The notes below the pieces were generated by a model. That model did not search any database. It had not been told where the DNA came from and worked only from the letters and a program-made list of their open reading frames with translations. DNA of 35,794 nt, from positions 1-35,794 of the forward strand of contig JAUMVH010000002.1 of assembly GCA_030530245.1 (NCBI GenBank), in the 5' to 3' direction. The translations under genes were made by a program, and so were the position numbers. This DNA comes from Ruminococcus sp. GTDB lineage: Bacteria > Bacillota > Clostridia > Oscillospirales > Ruminococcaceae. Positions 27,021-35,741 of this stretch are shown here, piece by piece; the first letter of the stretch is position 1, and each line of letters opens with the position of its first letter.

Positions 27021-28349
27021 ATGGATACACCTATATACGATTTTCTGCGAAAATACGCCGCGTCGGGAGTCCTGCGCGCGCATATGCCCGCCCATAAGGG
27101 CAGGGAGATATTCCCCGACGGGCTGAGCTCGGCGCTCGATATCACCGAGATATGCGGCGCGGACAGCCTCTTCGAGGCGAGCGGTATCATACGCGAGAGC
27201 GAGCGCGGCATGGCGGAGCTCTACGGGAGCGCCGATACGTTCTACTCCGCGGCGGGCTCGACCCTGTGCATACAGGCAATGCTCGCGGCGATGAAGCAGG
27301 AGGGCAGGAAGGTCATCGCCGTCCGCAACGTGCACCGCGCATTTCTCAACGCGGCGGCTCTGCTCGGCCTCGACGTGGAGTGGGTCATGCCCGACTACAC
27401 CGACGGCATACTCTCGGGGACGATAGACCCCGCCGACATAGAGCGGGCGCTCGCGGAGACGCCGAACGCCTGCGTGTACCTGACCTCGCCCGACTACACG
27501 GGCAGAATGGCGGATATACGCGGCATTGCGGAGATCTGCCGCAGCCACGGCGTGCCGCTCCTCGTCGACAACGCGCACGGAGCACACCTGCACTTCCTGC
27601 CCGAGAGCAGCCACCCGATAGCGCTCGGGGCGGATATCTGCTGCGATTCCGCGCATAAAATGCTGCCCGCACTCACGGGCGCGGCGATGCTCCACACCTC
27701 GTCGGGGCGATATGCGGGCGTGCTGCGTCAGTGCATGAGCCTGTTCGCGTCGACGAGCCCGTCGTACCTGATAATGGCGTCGCTCGACTTCTGCAGCAGG
27801 TACATCTCCGAACGGATACGCGCCGATATCGCGGTAAATCTCGCCTGCATAGACGAGCTCCGCCGCGCGTTCTCGGGCAGGCTGATATTCGCGGAGGGCG
27901 ACCCCTTCCACGTCACGGTCAAGGCGGCGGAGAGCGGCTATGACGGCACCGAGCTCGCGGAGCTGCTGAGGAGCGGCGGCGTGGAGTGCGAATACGCGGA
28001 CAGAGCCCTCGTGATACTGCTGATGTCGCCGATGAATACGCCCGCGGACTACGAGCGGCTGACGTCAGCGCTTGACAGTGCGCTCGCGGCGGCGCATAGG
28101 CACGAGCCGCGCTCGGACAGAGCAGCCCTCACGCTCCCGAGGCGGGCGATGAGCATACGCGAGGCGGCGTTCTCGCCGAGCGAGGAGATACCCGTCGAGG
28201 CGGCGGAGGGGCGTATCTGCGCGGCGGTGAAGGTACCGTGTCCACCCGCAGTGCCGATAGCGGCAAGCGGCGAGGTCATCGACCGCGGCTGCATTGATGT
28301 TTTCAAGCGGTACGGTATCGCGACGGTGAACGTGGTGGTTCGGGAATGA
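27021..28349 (+). CDS. PLP-dependent Orn/Lys/Arg decarboxylase family protein (YaaO-like)
   Basis: HMPAHKG, RNVHRA, LTSPDY.G, VDNAHGAH, SAHKMLPALT, STSPSY. Confidence 0.9.
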   Translation: MDTPIYDFLRKYAASGVLRAHMPAHKGREIFPDGLSSALDITEICGADSLFEASGIIRESERGMAELYGSADTFYSAAGSTLCIQAMLAAMKQEGRKVIAVRNVHRAFLNAAALLGLDVEWVMPDYTDGILSGTIDPADIERALAETPNACVYLTSPDYTGRMADIRGIAEICRSHGVPLLVDNAHGAHLHFLPESSHPIALGADICCDSAHKMLPALTGAAMLHTSSGRYAGVLRQCMSLFASTSPSYLIMASLDFCSRYISERIRADIAVNLACIDELRRAFSGRLIFAEGDPFHVTVKAAESGYDGTELAELLRSGGVECEYADRALVILLMSPMNTPADYERLTSALDSALAAAHRHEPRSDRAALTLPRRAMSIREAAFSPSEEIPVEAAEGRICAAVKVPCPPAVPIAASGEVIDRGCIDVFKRYGIATVNVVVRE

Positions 28350-28351
28350 TT

Positions 28352-28475
28352 GTAGAGGCGCACCCGTGTGTGCGCCCGCAAATATAACGCAATGCAACGT
28401 TCGGGCGGACACGTGTGTGCGCCCATAAATATACCGCAATGCAACGTTCGGGCGGACACATGGGTCCGCCCCTAC
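28352..28475. repeat. REP doublet with an internal 47-bp tandem duplication
   Basis: 28365-28411 versus 28412-28458, three mismatches. Confidence 0.85.
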
Positions 28476-28500
28476 ACAGACTATGGTTCGACCTGACATC

Positions 28501-28529
28501 TTGCTATTTCCGCTGCGATGTGATATACT
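28501..28529 (+). promoter_or_regulatory. SigA promoter upstream of tfoX-N/holB
   Basis: TTGCTA-17-TATACT with extended TG. Confidence 0.6.
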
Positions 28530-28561
28530 GATAAATGACTGATTCTGATAGGGTGAACGCT

Positions 28562-28876
28562 ATGGCTTCAAGCAAGGATTATCTTGATTTTATACTGGAA
28601 CAGCTCTCAGCGCTCGGCGATATTACGCACAGGGCGATGATGGGCGAATACATCATATACTATCGCGGGAGGATAGTCGGCGGCATATACGACGACCGCT
28701 TTCTCGTCAAGCAGACAGCGGCGGCGGAGCGGCTCATGCCCGACGCGCCGCGCGAGCTGCCTTATGAGGGCGCGAAGGAGATGCTGCTCGTCGAGAACGT
28801 GGACGACAGGGACTTCCTGTGCGGGCTTATAGAAGCAATGTGCGGCGAGCTTCCCGAGCCGCGGAAAAAGAAATAG
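28562..28876 (+). CDS. TfoX/Sxy N-terminal domain protein
   Basis: MASSKDYLDFILEQL..RAMMGEYIIY..GGIYDDRFLVK..PYEGAKEM; start reassigned to ATG 28562. Confidence 0.85.
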   Translation: MASSKDYLDFILEQLSALGDITHRAMMGEYIIYYRGRIVGGIYDDRFLVKQTAAAERLMPDAPRELPYEGAKEMLLVENVDDRDFLCGLIEAMCGELPEPRKKK

Positions 28877-28886
28877 GGTGAAACGT

Positions 28887-29870
28887 ATGAAAAAGATATA
28901 CGGAAACAGACAGCTGCTGGCGACGCTGGCAGGTATGCGCGAGAGCGGGAGGACCGCCCACTCGCTGATATTCTACGGAGAAAAGGGCAGCGGCAGGAAG
29001 CTCATGGCTGACCACTACGCGGCACAGCTCATGTGCGAGGCTCCCGTCGGCGGCGAGCCGTGCGGAGTCTGCGCGGCGTGCAGGAACGTGAGCGCTATGT
29101 CCCACCCCGACGTGATATACGTCCCCACCGAGGGCAAGCTTGAGGGCTATACCGTCAAGATAGTGCGCTCTGTCATAAGGGACGCGGCTGTCATGCCGAA
29201 CAACTCCACGGGGCGGAAGGTCTACATTTTCCGCGACTGCCGCAAGATGAGCCCGATAACGCAGAATATGCTGCTCAAGCTCATCGAGGAACCGCCCGAC
29301 CACGCCTATTTCATCTTCACGGCGGAGTCGAAATACGAGTTCCTGCCGACCATAATCTCGCGCTGCGTGTGCTTCGGAGTCTCGCCGTGCACCGAGGACG
29401 AAGCCGAGCAGTCGCTCATCGAGAGCGGCTACAAGAGCGGCGAGGTCACGGCGGCGGTGAAATGCTTCCACGGGAACATCGGTATGTGCACCGACTATAT
29501 CGTCGACCCCGAGCTCCGCAAACGCGTCGATTTGACAAAAAGGCTCGCCGATAGTATAATAGGTAAGGACGAGTACGGTCTGAATCTGGCGCTGTTCTCA
29601 CTGGGCAGCAGCAGAAACGATATCCGCGAGGTGCTTTCCATGACGGACAAGCTCGTGCGCGACTGTGCCGTCCTCAACCGCGACTCCTCTGCGGATATGA
29701 TAGGCTGCTACCGCGAGGGAGCCGAAAGGCTCGCGGGAATGGTAACGGCGTATCAGGCAGTGCGTCTCCACGACAGGATAGAAAAGGCGTGGGGAGCTAT
29801 GGAGGCAAATGTTAATCCGCCGCTCGTGCTTGCGGCTCTGAGCGCGGAGATGATAGAAATAGTCCGCTGA
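28887..29870 (+). CDS. holB: DNA polymerase III subunit delta'
   Basis: AHSLIFYG, Zn motif C..PCGVCAAC..HPDV, QNMLLKLIEEPP, LPTIISRC; followed by ricT. The start may be 28878. Confidence 0.9.
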   Translation: MKKIYGNRQLLATLAGMRESGRTAHSLIFYGEKGSGRKLMADHYAAQLMCEAPVGGEPCGVCAACRNVSAMSHPDVIYVPTEGKLEGYTVKIVRSVIRDAAVMPNNSTGRKVYIFRDCRKMSPITQNMLLKLIEEPPDHAYFIFTAESKYEFLPTIISRCVCFGVSPCTEDEAEQSLIESGYKSGEVTAAVKCFHGNIGMCTDYIVDPELRKRVDLTKRLADSIIGKDEYGLNLALFSLGSSRNDIREVLSMTDKLVRDCAVLNRDSSADMIGCYREGAERLAGMVTAYQAVRLHDRIEKAWGAMEANVNPPLVLAALSAEMIEIVR

Positions 29871-29893
29871 AACGGACGGGCAAGGAGCTTTTT

Positions 29894-30760
29894 ATGAAAG
29901 AGATAGTGGGTATCCGCTTCAAGAGCGTCGGGAAGATATATTACTTCTCGCCCGGCGATATCAAGGCAAACGTGGGCGACCGCGCCATCGTCGAGACAGT
30001 CAGGGGCGTGGAGTGCGGCGAGGTGGTCATCGCCAACAGGCAGATAGATGACAACGCGATAAATTCGCCCCTCAAGCCGATAATCAGGCTCGCCGACGCC
30101 AACGACCTGAGGATAGTCGAGAAGAACAAGCAGCGCGAGAAGGACGCATTCCGCATATGCGAGGAGAAGATAGCTCTCCGCAAGCTGAAAATGAGCCTCG
30201 TGGACGTCGAGTGTACCTTCGACAACAACAAGATGCTGTTCTACTTCACGGCTGAGAACCGCGTCGACTTCCGCGAGCTCGTAAAGGACCTCGCGGCGGT
30301 GTTCCGCACACGTATAGAGCTGCGCCAGATAGGCGTCCGCGACGAGGCGAAGATACTCGGCGGACTCGGTATCTGCGGCAGGGAGTTCTGCTGCAAGGCG
30401 CATATGGGCGACTTCAACCCCGTGTCCATAAAAATGGCGAAGGAGCAGGGACTCTCGCTGAATCCGACGAAGATATCGGGCACCTGCGGCAGACTGATGT
30501 GCTGCCTCAAGAACGAGCAGGCGGCGTATGACTCGCTGCTGAAGATAACGCCGAAGGTGGGCGCTATCGTCGTCACTCCCGCCGGCGACAAGGGCAGAGT
30601 CGAGGACGCCAACCTCATCACGGGCAAGCTCAGGGTCAAGACCGAGAAGTCAGAGGTGCCCGTGACTCTCGACAGGAGCGAGGTAAAGCTCCTCAAGGAC
30701 GCTGAGGTCAAGCTCAGCAAGGAGGAGCTCAAGGCGCTGAAAAATCTCGAGGACAAGTAA
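29894..30760 (+). CDS. ricT: PSP1-domain protein RicT (YaaT, stage 0 sporulation family)
   Basis: FYFTAENRVDFRELVKDLA..RQIGVRDE, GICGREFCC, KISGTCGRLMCCL. Confidence 0.93.
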   Translation: MKEIVGIRFKSVGKIYYFSPGDIKANVGDRAIVETVRGVECGEVVIANRQIDDNAINSPLKPIIRLADANDLRIVEKNKQREKDAFRICEEKIALRKLKMSLVDVECTFDNNKMLFYFTAENRVDFRELVKDLAAVFRTRIELRQIGVRDEAKILGGLGICGREFCCKAHMGDFNPVSIKMAKEQGLSLNPTKISGTCGRLMCCLKNEQAAYDSLLKITPKVGAIVVTPAGDKGRVEDANLITGKLRVKTEKSEVPVTLDRSEVKLLKDAEVKLSKEELKALKNLEDK

Positions 30761-31398
30761 TGCAGAAGCCGAACTACGGGAAAATGCTCGACGACAGGCT
30801 CGCGGAGCTGGAGAAAAACGGCGAGAAGCCGCGGCTGCTGCTCCACGCGTGCTGTGCTCCGTGCAGCAGCCACACGCTGCTGTACCTGTACGGGCACTTC
30901 GACATCACGGTGTATTTCTGCAACCCGAATATCGCTCCCGAGGAGGAGTACCTCTACCGCAAGAGCGAGCTGAAACGGCTCATATCGGAGCTCGGGCTCG
31001 AGGTCGCGGTGATAGACGAGGACTACGACCCCGCGCCGTTTTACGAGCTCGCGAAGGGGCTCGAGGACCTGCCCGAGCGCGGCGAGCGCTGTCAGCGCTG
31101 CATAGCCTACCGACTGCGTAAAACAGGCGAAAAGGCGAGGGAGCTCGGCAGCGATTACTTCACGACCACGCTCACGATAAGCCCGCATAAGGACTGCGCG
31201 TTCATCAACGAGTGCGGCGGCGCGATAGCTCAGGAGTGCGGCGTGGAGTACCTCTACTCCGACTTCAAGAAGCACGACGGCTACAAGCACTCGATAGAGC
31301 TCTCGCGGCAGTACGGGCTCTATCGGCAGAATTACTGCGGGTGCGTCTATTCAAAGCGCAAGGGCTCTGCCCTTGACCCGCCTAAGGCTCTGCCTTAG
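30760..31398 (+). CDS. queH: Epoxyqueuosine reductase QueH
   Basis: LLHACCAPCS, NPNI.P..EY, ERC..C, FTTTLTISPHK, YRQNYCGC. Confidence 0.93.
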   Translation: MQKPNYGKMLDDRLAELEKNGEKPRLLLHACCAPCSSHTLLYLYGHFDITVYFCNPNIAPEEEYLYRKSELKRLISELGLEVAVIDEDYDPAPFYELAKGLEDLPERGERCQRCIAYRLRKTGEKARELGSDYFTTTLTISPHKDCAFINECGGAIAQECGVEYLYSDFKKHDGYKHSIELSRQYGLYRQNYCGCVYSKRKGSALDPPKALP

Positions 31399-31449
31399 GA
31401 ATCCGCCGGGACTCTGTCCCGGACCCTGCAAAGGGACGCAGTCCCTTTG
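31359..31449. repeat. Array of four short hairpins with related loops
   Basis: caagggc-tct-gcccttg, cctaaggc-tct-gccttagg, ccgggac-tct-gtcccgg, caaagggac-gca-gtccctttg. Confidence 0.8.
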
Positions 31450-31457
31450 AACCCGGC

Positions 31458-31599
31458 TTCGCGCTGACGCTCGCAAGCTCGCTTACTCAGCATGAAAGGT
31501 CAGTTTGCTGTCGCGGTCGATAATATTATAGGGAACGCCGCCCTCTGCGTTCCTCCAATATACCGATAAACTTTGCGGACGCCCGATGGGCGTCCCTAC
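31458..31599. repeat. Family-2 repeat copy (31458-31486) and decayed REP doublet (31528-31599)
   Basis: ttcgcgctgacgctcgcaagctcgcttac; atagggaacgccgccctctgcgttcc ... ggacgcccgatgggcgtccctac. Confidence 0.7.
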
Positions 31600-31638
31600 G
31601 ATTTCTGCGGGGACGGCGGTCCCATAAAGGTGATAAAT

Positions 31639-32118
31639 ATGGCTAAGGAACTGAAAACTAACGCAATGCGCTTCCTCGACAAGAGCAAGATAAGCTATAC
31701 AGTGCAGACCTACGAGTGCGAGGAGTTCATCGACGGCGTACACACCGCCGCCGCTCTCGGTCAGCCCGCGGAGGAGACCTTCAAGACCCTCGTCGCGCAC
31801 GGCAAGTCGGGGGCGTACTACTGCTTCCTGCTTCCCGTGGCGGAGGAGCTCGACCTCAAAAAGGCGGCGAAGAGCGTGAGCGAGAAGTCGGTGGAGCTGC
31901 TGCACGTCAAGGACATAACGGCGGTGACGGGCTACGTCCGCGGAGGCTGTACGCCCATCGGCATGAAGAAGCAGTTCATGACCGTTGTGCATGATACCGC
32001 CGAGTCGCTGGAGCTCTTCTACATCAGCGGCGGACGCATAGGCACGCAGATACGCCTCTCGCCCGCGGAGCTCGTGAAGGCGATACGCGGCAAATTCGAC
32101 GATATAGTGATGACCTGA
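31639..32118 (+). CDS. ybaK: Cys-tRNA(Pro) deacylase
   Basis: KTNAMRFLD, FKTLV, LDLKKAA, TGYVRGGCTPIGMKK, SGGRIG; start reassigned to ATG 31639 after AAGGTGA. Confidence 0.93.
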   Translation: MAKELKTNAMRFLDKSKISYTVQTYECEEFIDGVHTAAALGQPAEETFKTLVAHGKSGAYYCFLLPVAEELDLKKAAKSVSEKSVELLHVKDITAVTGYVRGGCTPIGMKKQFMTVVHDTAESLELFYISGGRIGTQIRLSPAELVKAIRGKFDDIVMT

Positions 32119-32124
32119 ATCTTT

Positions 32125-32296
32125 GTAGGGACCGCCTTTGGCGGTCCTTTTACGTATTACTTGCTTGCGGGCGCCATACAACAGAGTTGCATATAGCATT
32201 GCCAGCCAAATCAAAGATTTGGGGCACTGCTTAAATGTGCGCCCCAACATTTGGTGCCCGATACGCTGATGTAGGGGACGCCGCCCTCGGAGTCCC
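32125..32296. repeat. REP-like hairpins between the convergent ybaK and hsp20 genes
   Basis: gtagggaccgcctttggcggtcc at 32125; decayed arm 32221-32249; gtaggggacgccgccctcggagtccc at 32271. Confidence 0.7.
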
Positions 32297-32298
32297 AC

Positions 32299-32331
32299 AA
32301 AAAAGACTGCAAGTTTTACCTTGCAGCCTTT
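32299..32331 (-). terminator. Intrinsic terminator of hsp20
   Basis: Minus strand reads aaaggctgcaag-gtaaaa-cttgcagtctttttt. Confidence 0.75.
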
Positions 32332-32335
32332 CGCT

Positions 32336-32758
32336 TTATTTAATTTCGAGCCTCTTCGCAACGGGCTCGGCGGGCTTCTTCTTGGGAAGCTCTATCGTGA
32401 GGATACCGTTCTTGTATTCGGCGGAGATAGCCTCGGCGTCCACGTCGGAAATGTCGAAGCTCCTCTTATACGAGCCGAATCTTCTCTCGCGGCGGATATA
32501 CTTGGTCTTGTCGTCCTTTTCCTCGGACTCGGTGGTGTGCTCTGCGGAGATAACGAGGAACTCGCCGTTGATGTCGAGCTTGATGTCCTCCTTCTCGAAG
32601 CCGGGGAGCTCGGACTCCATCACGTACTTGTCGCCCGCGTCCTTGATATCGGTCTTGCAGGCGTTGACAGGCATACTATCGTAGTTTTTATCGAGATCGT
32701 TCCAGATATTGAAAAGATCGAAAGCGTTTCTTCCAAAGGGTGTCATTCCGTACATCAT
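32336..32758 (-). CDS. Small heat-shock protein, Hsp20/alpha-crystallin family
   Basis: TDIKD..ELPGFEKEDI, RRERRFGSYKRSF, AEYKNGILTIELPK, C-terminal LEI motif. Confidence 0.95.
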   Translation of the reverse strand: MMYGMTPFGRNAFDLFNIWNDLDKNYDSMPVNACKTDIKDAGDKYVMESELPGFEKEDIKLDINGEFLVISAEHTTESEEKDDKTKYIRRERRFGSYKRSFDISDVDAEAISAEYKNGILTIELPKKKPAEPVAKRLEIK

Positions 32759-32874
32759 AATTCATACCTCCAAATTCTCTCGGTCCCGTATGAGACCACT
32801 GCTTATATTGTGTGCGTCATTCGGTGAAATATGTGCGTTCCATGGGAATCATTCCTTTCAATGACTTGTTTATC

Positions 32875-33261
32875 CTAATCCTTCGTATGCGTCATAAGGT
32901 CAACTACCTCGGAGGAGATGTAACGCGAAAAGAAACGTTTCATCTCGGTTTCGACATCGGAGTACCTCAGCCCGTACAGCTCGAGGAAATCGTCGTCCTT
33001 CTGACATAGGTGTGTGTAGAATCTGTAGCCGACGATGAGGTCGTCCTGCGAACCGTCAGCCGTCGCACTGTCGAGCTCGGATACAGCCTCCCTGACCTTT
33101 CCGCCGTCGAGCATATCGGTCAGCTTCTGGACAAGCTCCTCCTTCTGTTGGTCTTTCAGCACCAGCAACGCGGGAGATTCGACATTCACATGAAACAGGA
33201 GCCGCATAGCCGCGTCCAAGCACTCCTTGATTTGCCGCATGATGTAATCCTGTTCAAACAT
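32875..33261 (-). CDS. DUF6483-like hypothetical protein
   Basis: MFEQDYIMRQIK N-terminus, FY..L...DDDFLE motif, AAGGAG RBS. Confidence 0.75.
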   Translation of the reverse strand: MFEQDYIMRQIKECLDAAMRLLFHVNVESPALLVLKDQQKEELVQKLTDMLDGGKVREAVSELDSATADGSQDDLIVGYRFYTHLCQKDDDFLELYGLRYSDVETEMKRFFSRYISSEVVDLMTHTKD

Positions 33262-33350
33262 CTGGGGGTGAGCTCCTTTCGTTTCATTGACTGTATGATA
33301 CTGCTGCTATGTGTTGGGATTATTATGAGAATGTGATAGATTTCTGGAAT

Positions 33351-33400
33351 TTAGCACTCTCAGAATGTGAGCGCTAACACTTGTGAAGCACGAGTGCTAA
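33351..33400. promoter_or_regulatory. Two overlapping CIRCE-like operators
   Basis: TTAGCACTC-N9-GAGCGCTAA 33351-33377 (one mismatch); CTAACACTT-N9-GAGTGCTAA 33374-33400 (three mismatches). Confidence 0.8.
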
Positions 33401-33411
33401 AACGACGCGAT

Positions 33412-33439
33412 AAAAAGGGGCTGCATAGCAGTCCCTTTG
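33412..33439 (-). terminator. Intrinsic terminator of nadC
   Basis: Minus strand reads aaagggactgc-tat-gcagccccttttt. Confidence 0.75.
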
Positions 33440-33446
33440 TTTATCC

Positions 33447-34286
33447 TCATTTGCGTATCTTCATCGAGATATCGAAGCACTTCACGGAGTGCGTGAGCGC
33501 GCCGAGGGAGATGATGTCCACGCCTGTCTCGGCGACGGAGCGGATATTCTCGGCGGTGACGTTGCCCGAAGCCTCGAGCAGAGCCGCGCCCGCGGTCATC
33601 TCAACTGCCTGCTTCATCTCGTCGCAGCTCATATTGTCGAGCATGATTATCTCGACCTTGTTGGCGAGCGCCTCGCGGAGCTCGTCGAGCGTGCGCACCT
33701 CGACCTCTATCTTCACGGTGTGACCTATCTTCTCGCGCAGAGCCGTGACAGCCGCGGTGATACCGCCGTATGCGTCGATGTGGTTGTCCTTGAGCATAGC
33801 CGCGTCGGAGAGGTTGAAGCGGTGGTTCTTTCCGCCGCCGACCGTCACCGCGTACTTCTGCAGCGCGCGCAGTCCGGGGAGCGTCTTTCTCGTGTCGGTC
33901 ACGGAGGCGTTAGTTCCCTTTACGAGCTCCACGCACTTGCTCGTAGCGGTAGCAATGCCCGACATATGCTGGAGCAGGTTCAGCGCCGTCCTCTCGCCCT
34001 TGAGGAGCGTGAGGGTGCTGCCTTCGAGCTCGGCGATGATGTCGCCCTTTTGGACCTTGGTGCCATCGGGGAGGAGTATGCGGAAGTCAACGTCTCCGCC
34101 CGCGAGGTCGAAAACGCGCTTTGCGACCTCGATCCCGCACACGACGCCGCTGTCCTTGGCGACGTAGTACGCGGAGCTCCTGTGGGCCTCGGGGATAAGG
34201 TTATCGGCAGCGGCGTCGATGTAGTTGATGTCCTCCATGAGCGCCGTGGTGATGATATTGTCGATGTAGCACTGTAATAATTTCAT
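33447..34286 (-). CDS. nadC: Quinolinate phosphoribosyltransferase
   Basis: ERTALNLLQHMSGIAT, DTRKTLPGLR, HRFNLSD..LKDNH, IEVEV, IMLDN, EASG. Confidence 0.97.
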   Translation of the reverse strand: MKLLQCYIDNIITTALMEDINYIDAAADNLIPEAHRSSAYYVAKDSGVVCGIEVAKRVFDLAGGDVDFRILLPDGTKVQKGDIIAELEGSTLTLLKGERTALNLLQHMSGIATATSKCVELVKGTNASVTDTRKTLPGLRALQKYAVTVGGGKNHRFNLSDAAMLKDNHIDAYGGITAAVTALREKIGHTVKIEVEVRTLDELREALANKVEIIMLDNMSCDEMKQAVEMTAGAALLEASGNVTAENIRSVAETGVDIISLGALTHSVKCFDISMKIRK

Positions 34287-34329
34287 GGCAGTTACCTTTC
34301 TTTATACGTATTTGCGTGGATATTGACCA

Positions 34330-34358
34330 GTAGGGGCGGACCCGTGTGTCCGCCCGCC
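34330..34358 (+). repeat. Single REP-like hairpin
   Basis: gtaggggcggacccgtgtgtccgcccgcc. Confidence 0.75.
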
Positions 34359-34372
34359 GTGTTTATTTGCGG

Positions 34373-35698
34373 TCAATACGAATACTTTGAATCTATGCAG
34401 AGGTACTCCTCGAGCGTGAGTCCCGAATCGTACACGAGCTTGGCTGTCTCGTCGCCGAGGTAGCGGACGTGCCAGCTCTCGTACTTGTAGCCCGTGATGT
34501 CGTCCTTGCCGTAGGGGTAGCGTATGATAAAGCCGTATTTGTAGCAGTTCGCCGCGAGCCATTTCGCCTCGGGCGTGGAGTTGAACCAGTCGCCCGCGTA
34601 GTTGATATCGGCGGCGAGTCCCGACTGGTGCTCGGAGTGACCGGGGCGCGCGGAGTAGGTGTCGGCTTTGGCTTTGCCGTCGCGCGCGACGTAGCTGTTA
34701 TAGAGCTGCGACTGGTAGCTGTAGGAGCGGTAGCCCGAGCATATCGTGAGGTTCATGCCGTCCGCCTTTGCGGCAGCCTGCATCTTCGCGAACGCCGTAT
34801 TGAACTCGGCCGTCAGCCCTCCGGGAGCGTAGGTCGAGGGCAGGGGGTAGGTCTTGTTCGCGATGAGAATGCCGTTGACATAGGTTATGCCGTCGACGGT
34901 GGTTATCTCGCGGCGTGTGAAGTTCTCGGTCGTGCCGTCCTGCCATTTCAGCGTGAAGTGGTTCTTGTCCATGCGTGAGAAATCTCCTGTTTTGACGGTG
35001 CCGTCGGAGAAGATGAACCGCGCCTGCGTACCCATCGGCAGCACGGTGATATCCTCGCCGCCGCACGAGCCCGAGTAGGTGGATAGCTTGTAGCTCCCGC
35101 CCGCGTCGGAGACATACTCGCCCTTGAGGTACGGTCCCCTGTCGAAGCGGACGGAGCTCCCGAACGTGAACAGCTCCGGCTCAGAGCCGCGCCATTTCAG
35201 GTAGAAGTGCTCGTCGTCGAGCCACGCGATGGAGGCGGAGAGCTCCTCGCCCGACGAGAGCGTGAAGTCGATGCCGTCTCCCCACTTGCTGAGGCTGAAT
35301 GGCGTGACGGATTCCTCGGTGCTGCGGACGAATGTGCCCTCGCTGTTCTCGTCGAACCAGAAGAAGCGCGTGCCGTCGGAGCCGCTGCCTATCCACGTGC
35401 CCTGCGGAGCCACGGTCGCGTTGCGGACGTATATCCGCCGCATACCGATGAGGTCGAAGGTGTCGATGACGCCGTCGCCGTCGAAGTCGGCGCGCGCGGC
35501 TTGCTCGTCGGAGAGCTCGCCCGCGCCGAGCAGGTACTTGCTGAGCAGGACCATATCCTGCGAGTTTATGATATAGTCGCCGTTGACGTCTGCGCGGAGC
35601 AGAGGCGTGTCGGCGTCGGCGGCACGTGTCTGAAGAGCCGCCGCAGGCAGCAGAGCCGCGGTCATCGCAGCGGCTGCCGCAATGTATAATGATTTCAT
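34373..35698 (-). CDS. Secreted dockerin-containing M15B (VanY/LdcB-like) carboxypeptidase
   Basis: Signal peptide, dockerin ADVNGD..DMVLL..ADFDGDGVIDTFDL, M15B motifs SGYRSY, SARPGHSEHQSGLAAD, ESWHVRY; start reassigned to ATG 35698. Confidence 0.88.
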   Translation of the reverse strand: MKSLYIAAAAAMTAALLPAAALQTRAADADTPLLRADVNGDYIINSQDMVLLSKYLLGAGELSDEQAARADFDGDGVIDTFDLIGMRRIYVRNATVAPQGTWIGSGSDGTRFFWFDENSEGTFVRSTEESVTPFSLSKWGDGIDFTLSSGEELSASIAWLDDEHFYLKWRGSEPELFTFGSSVRFDRGPYLKGEYVSDAGGSYKLSTYSGSCGGEDITVLPMGTQARFIFSDGTVKTGDFSRMDKNHFTLKWQDGTTENFTRREITTVDGITYVNGILIANKTYPLPSTYAPGGLTAEFNTAFAKMQAAAKADGMNLTICSGYRSYSYQSQLYNSYVARDGKAKADTYSARPGHSEHQSGLAADINYAGDWFNSTPEAKWLAANCYKYGFIIRYPYGKDDITGYKYESWHVRYLGDETAKLVYDSGLTLEEYLCIDSKYSY

Positions 35699-35741
35699 CC
35701 TTTTGCCTTTCTGCAAATGTTACTGTCCGTATTGCTGGAAA

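Noticed and set aside
28562-28876. TfoX as evidence of a competence regulon
   Set aside because: Only the N-terminal domain is present, which is widespread without a demonstrated competence role; no com genes in the window.
34373-34900. VanY-like domain as a vancomycin-resistance gene
   Set aside because: No vanHAX/vanRS context; M15B domains are common housekeeping cell-wall enzymes.
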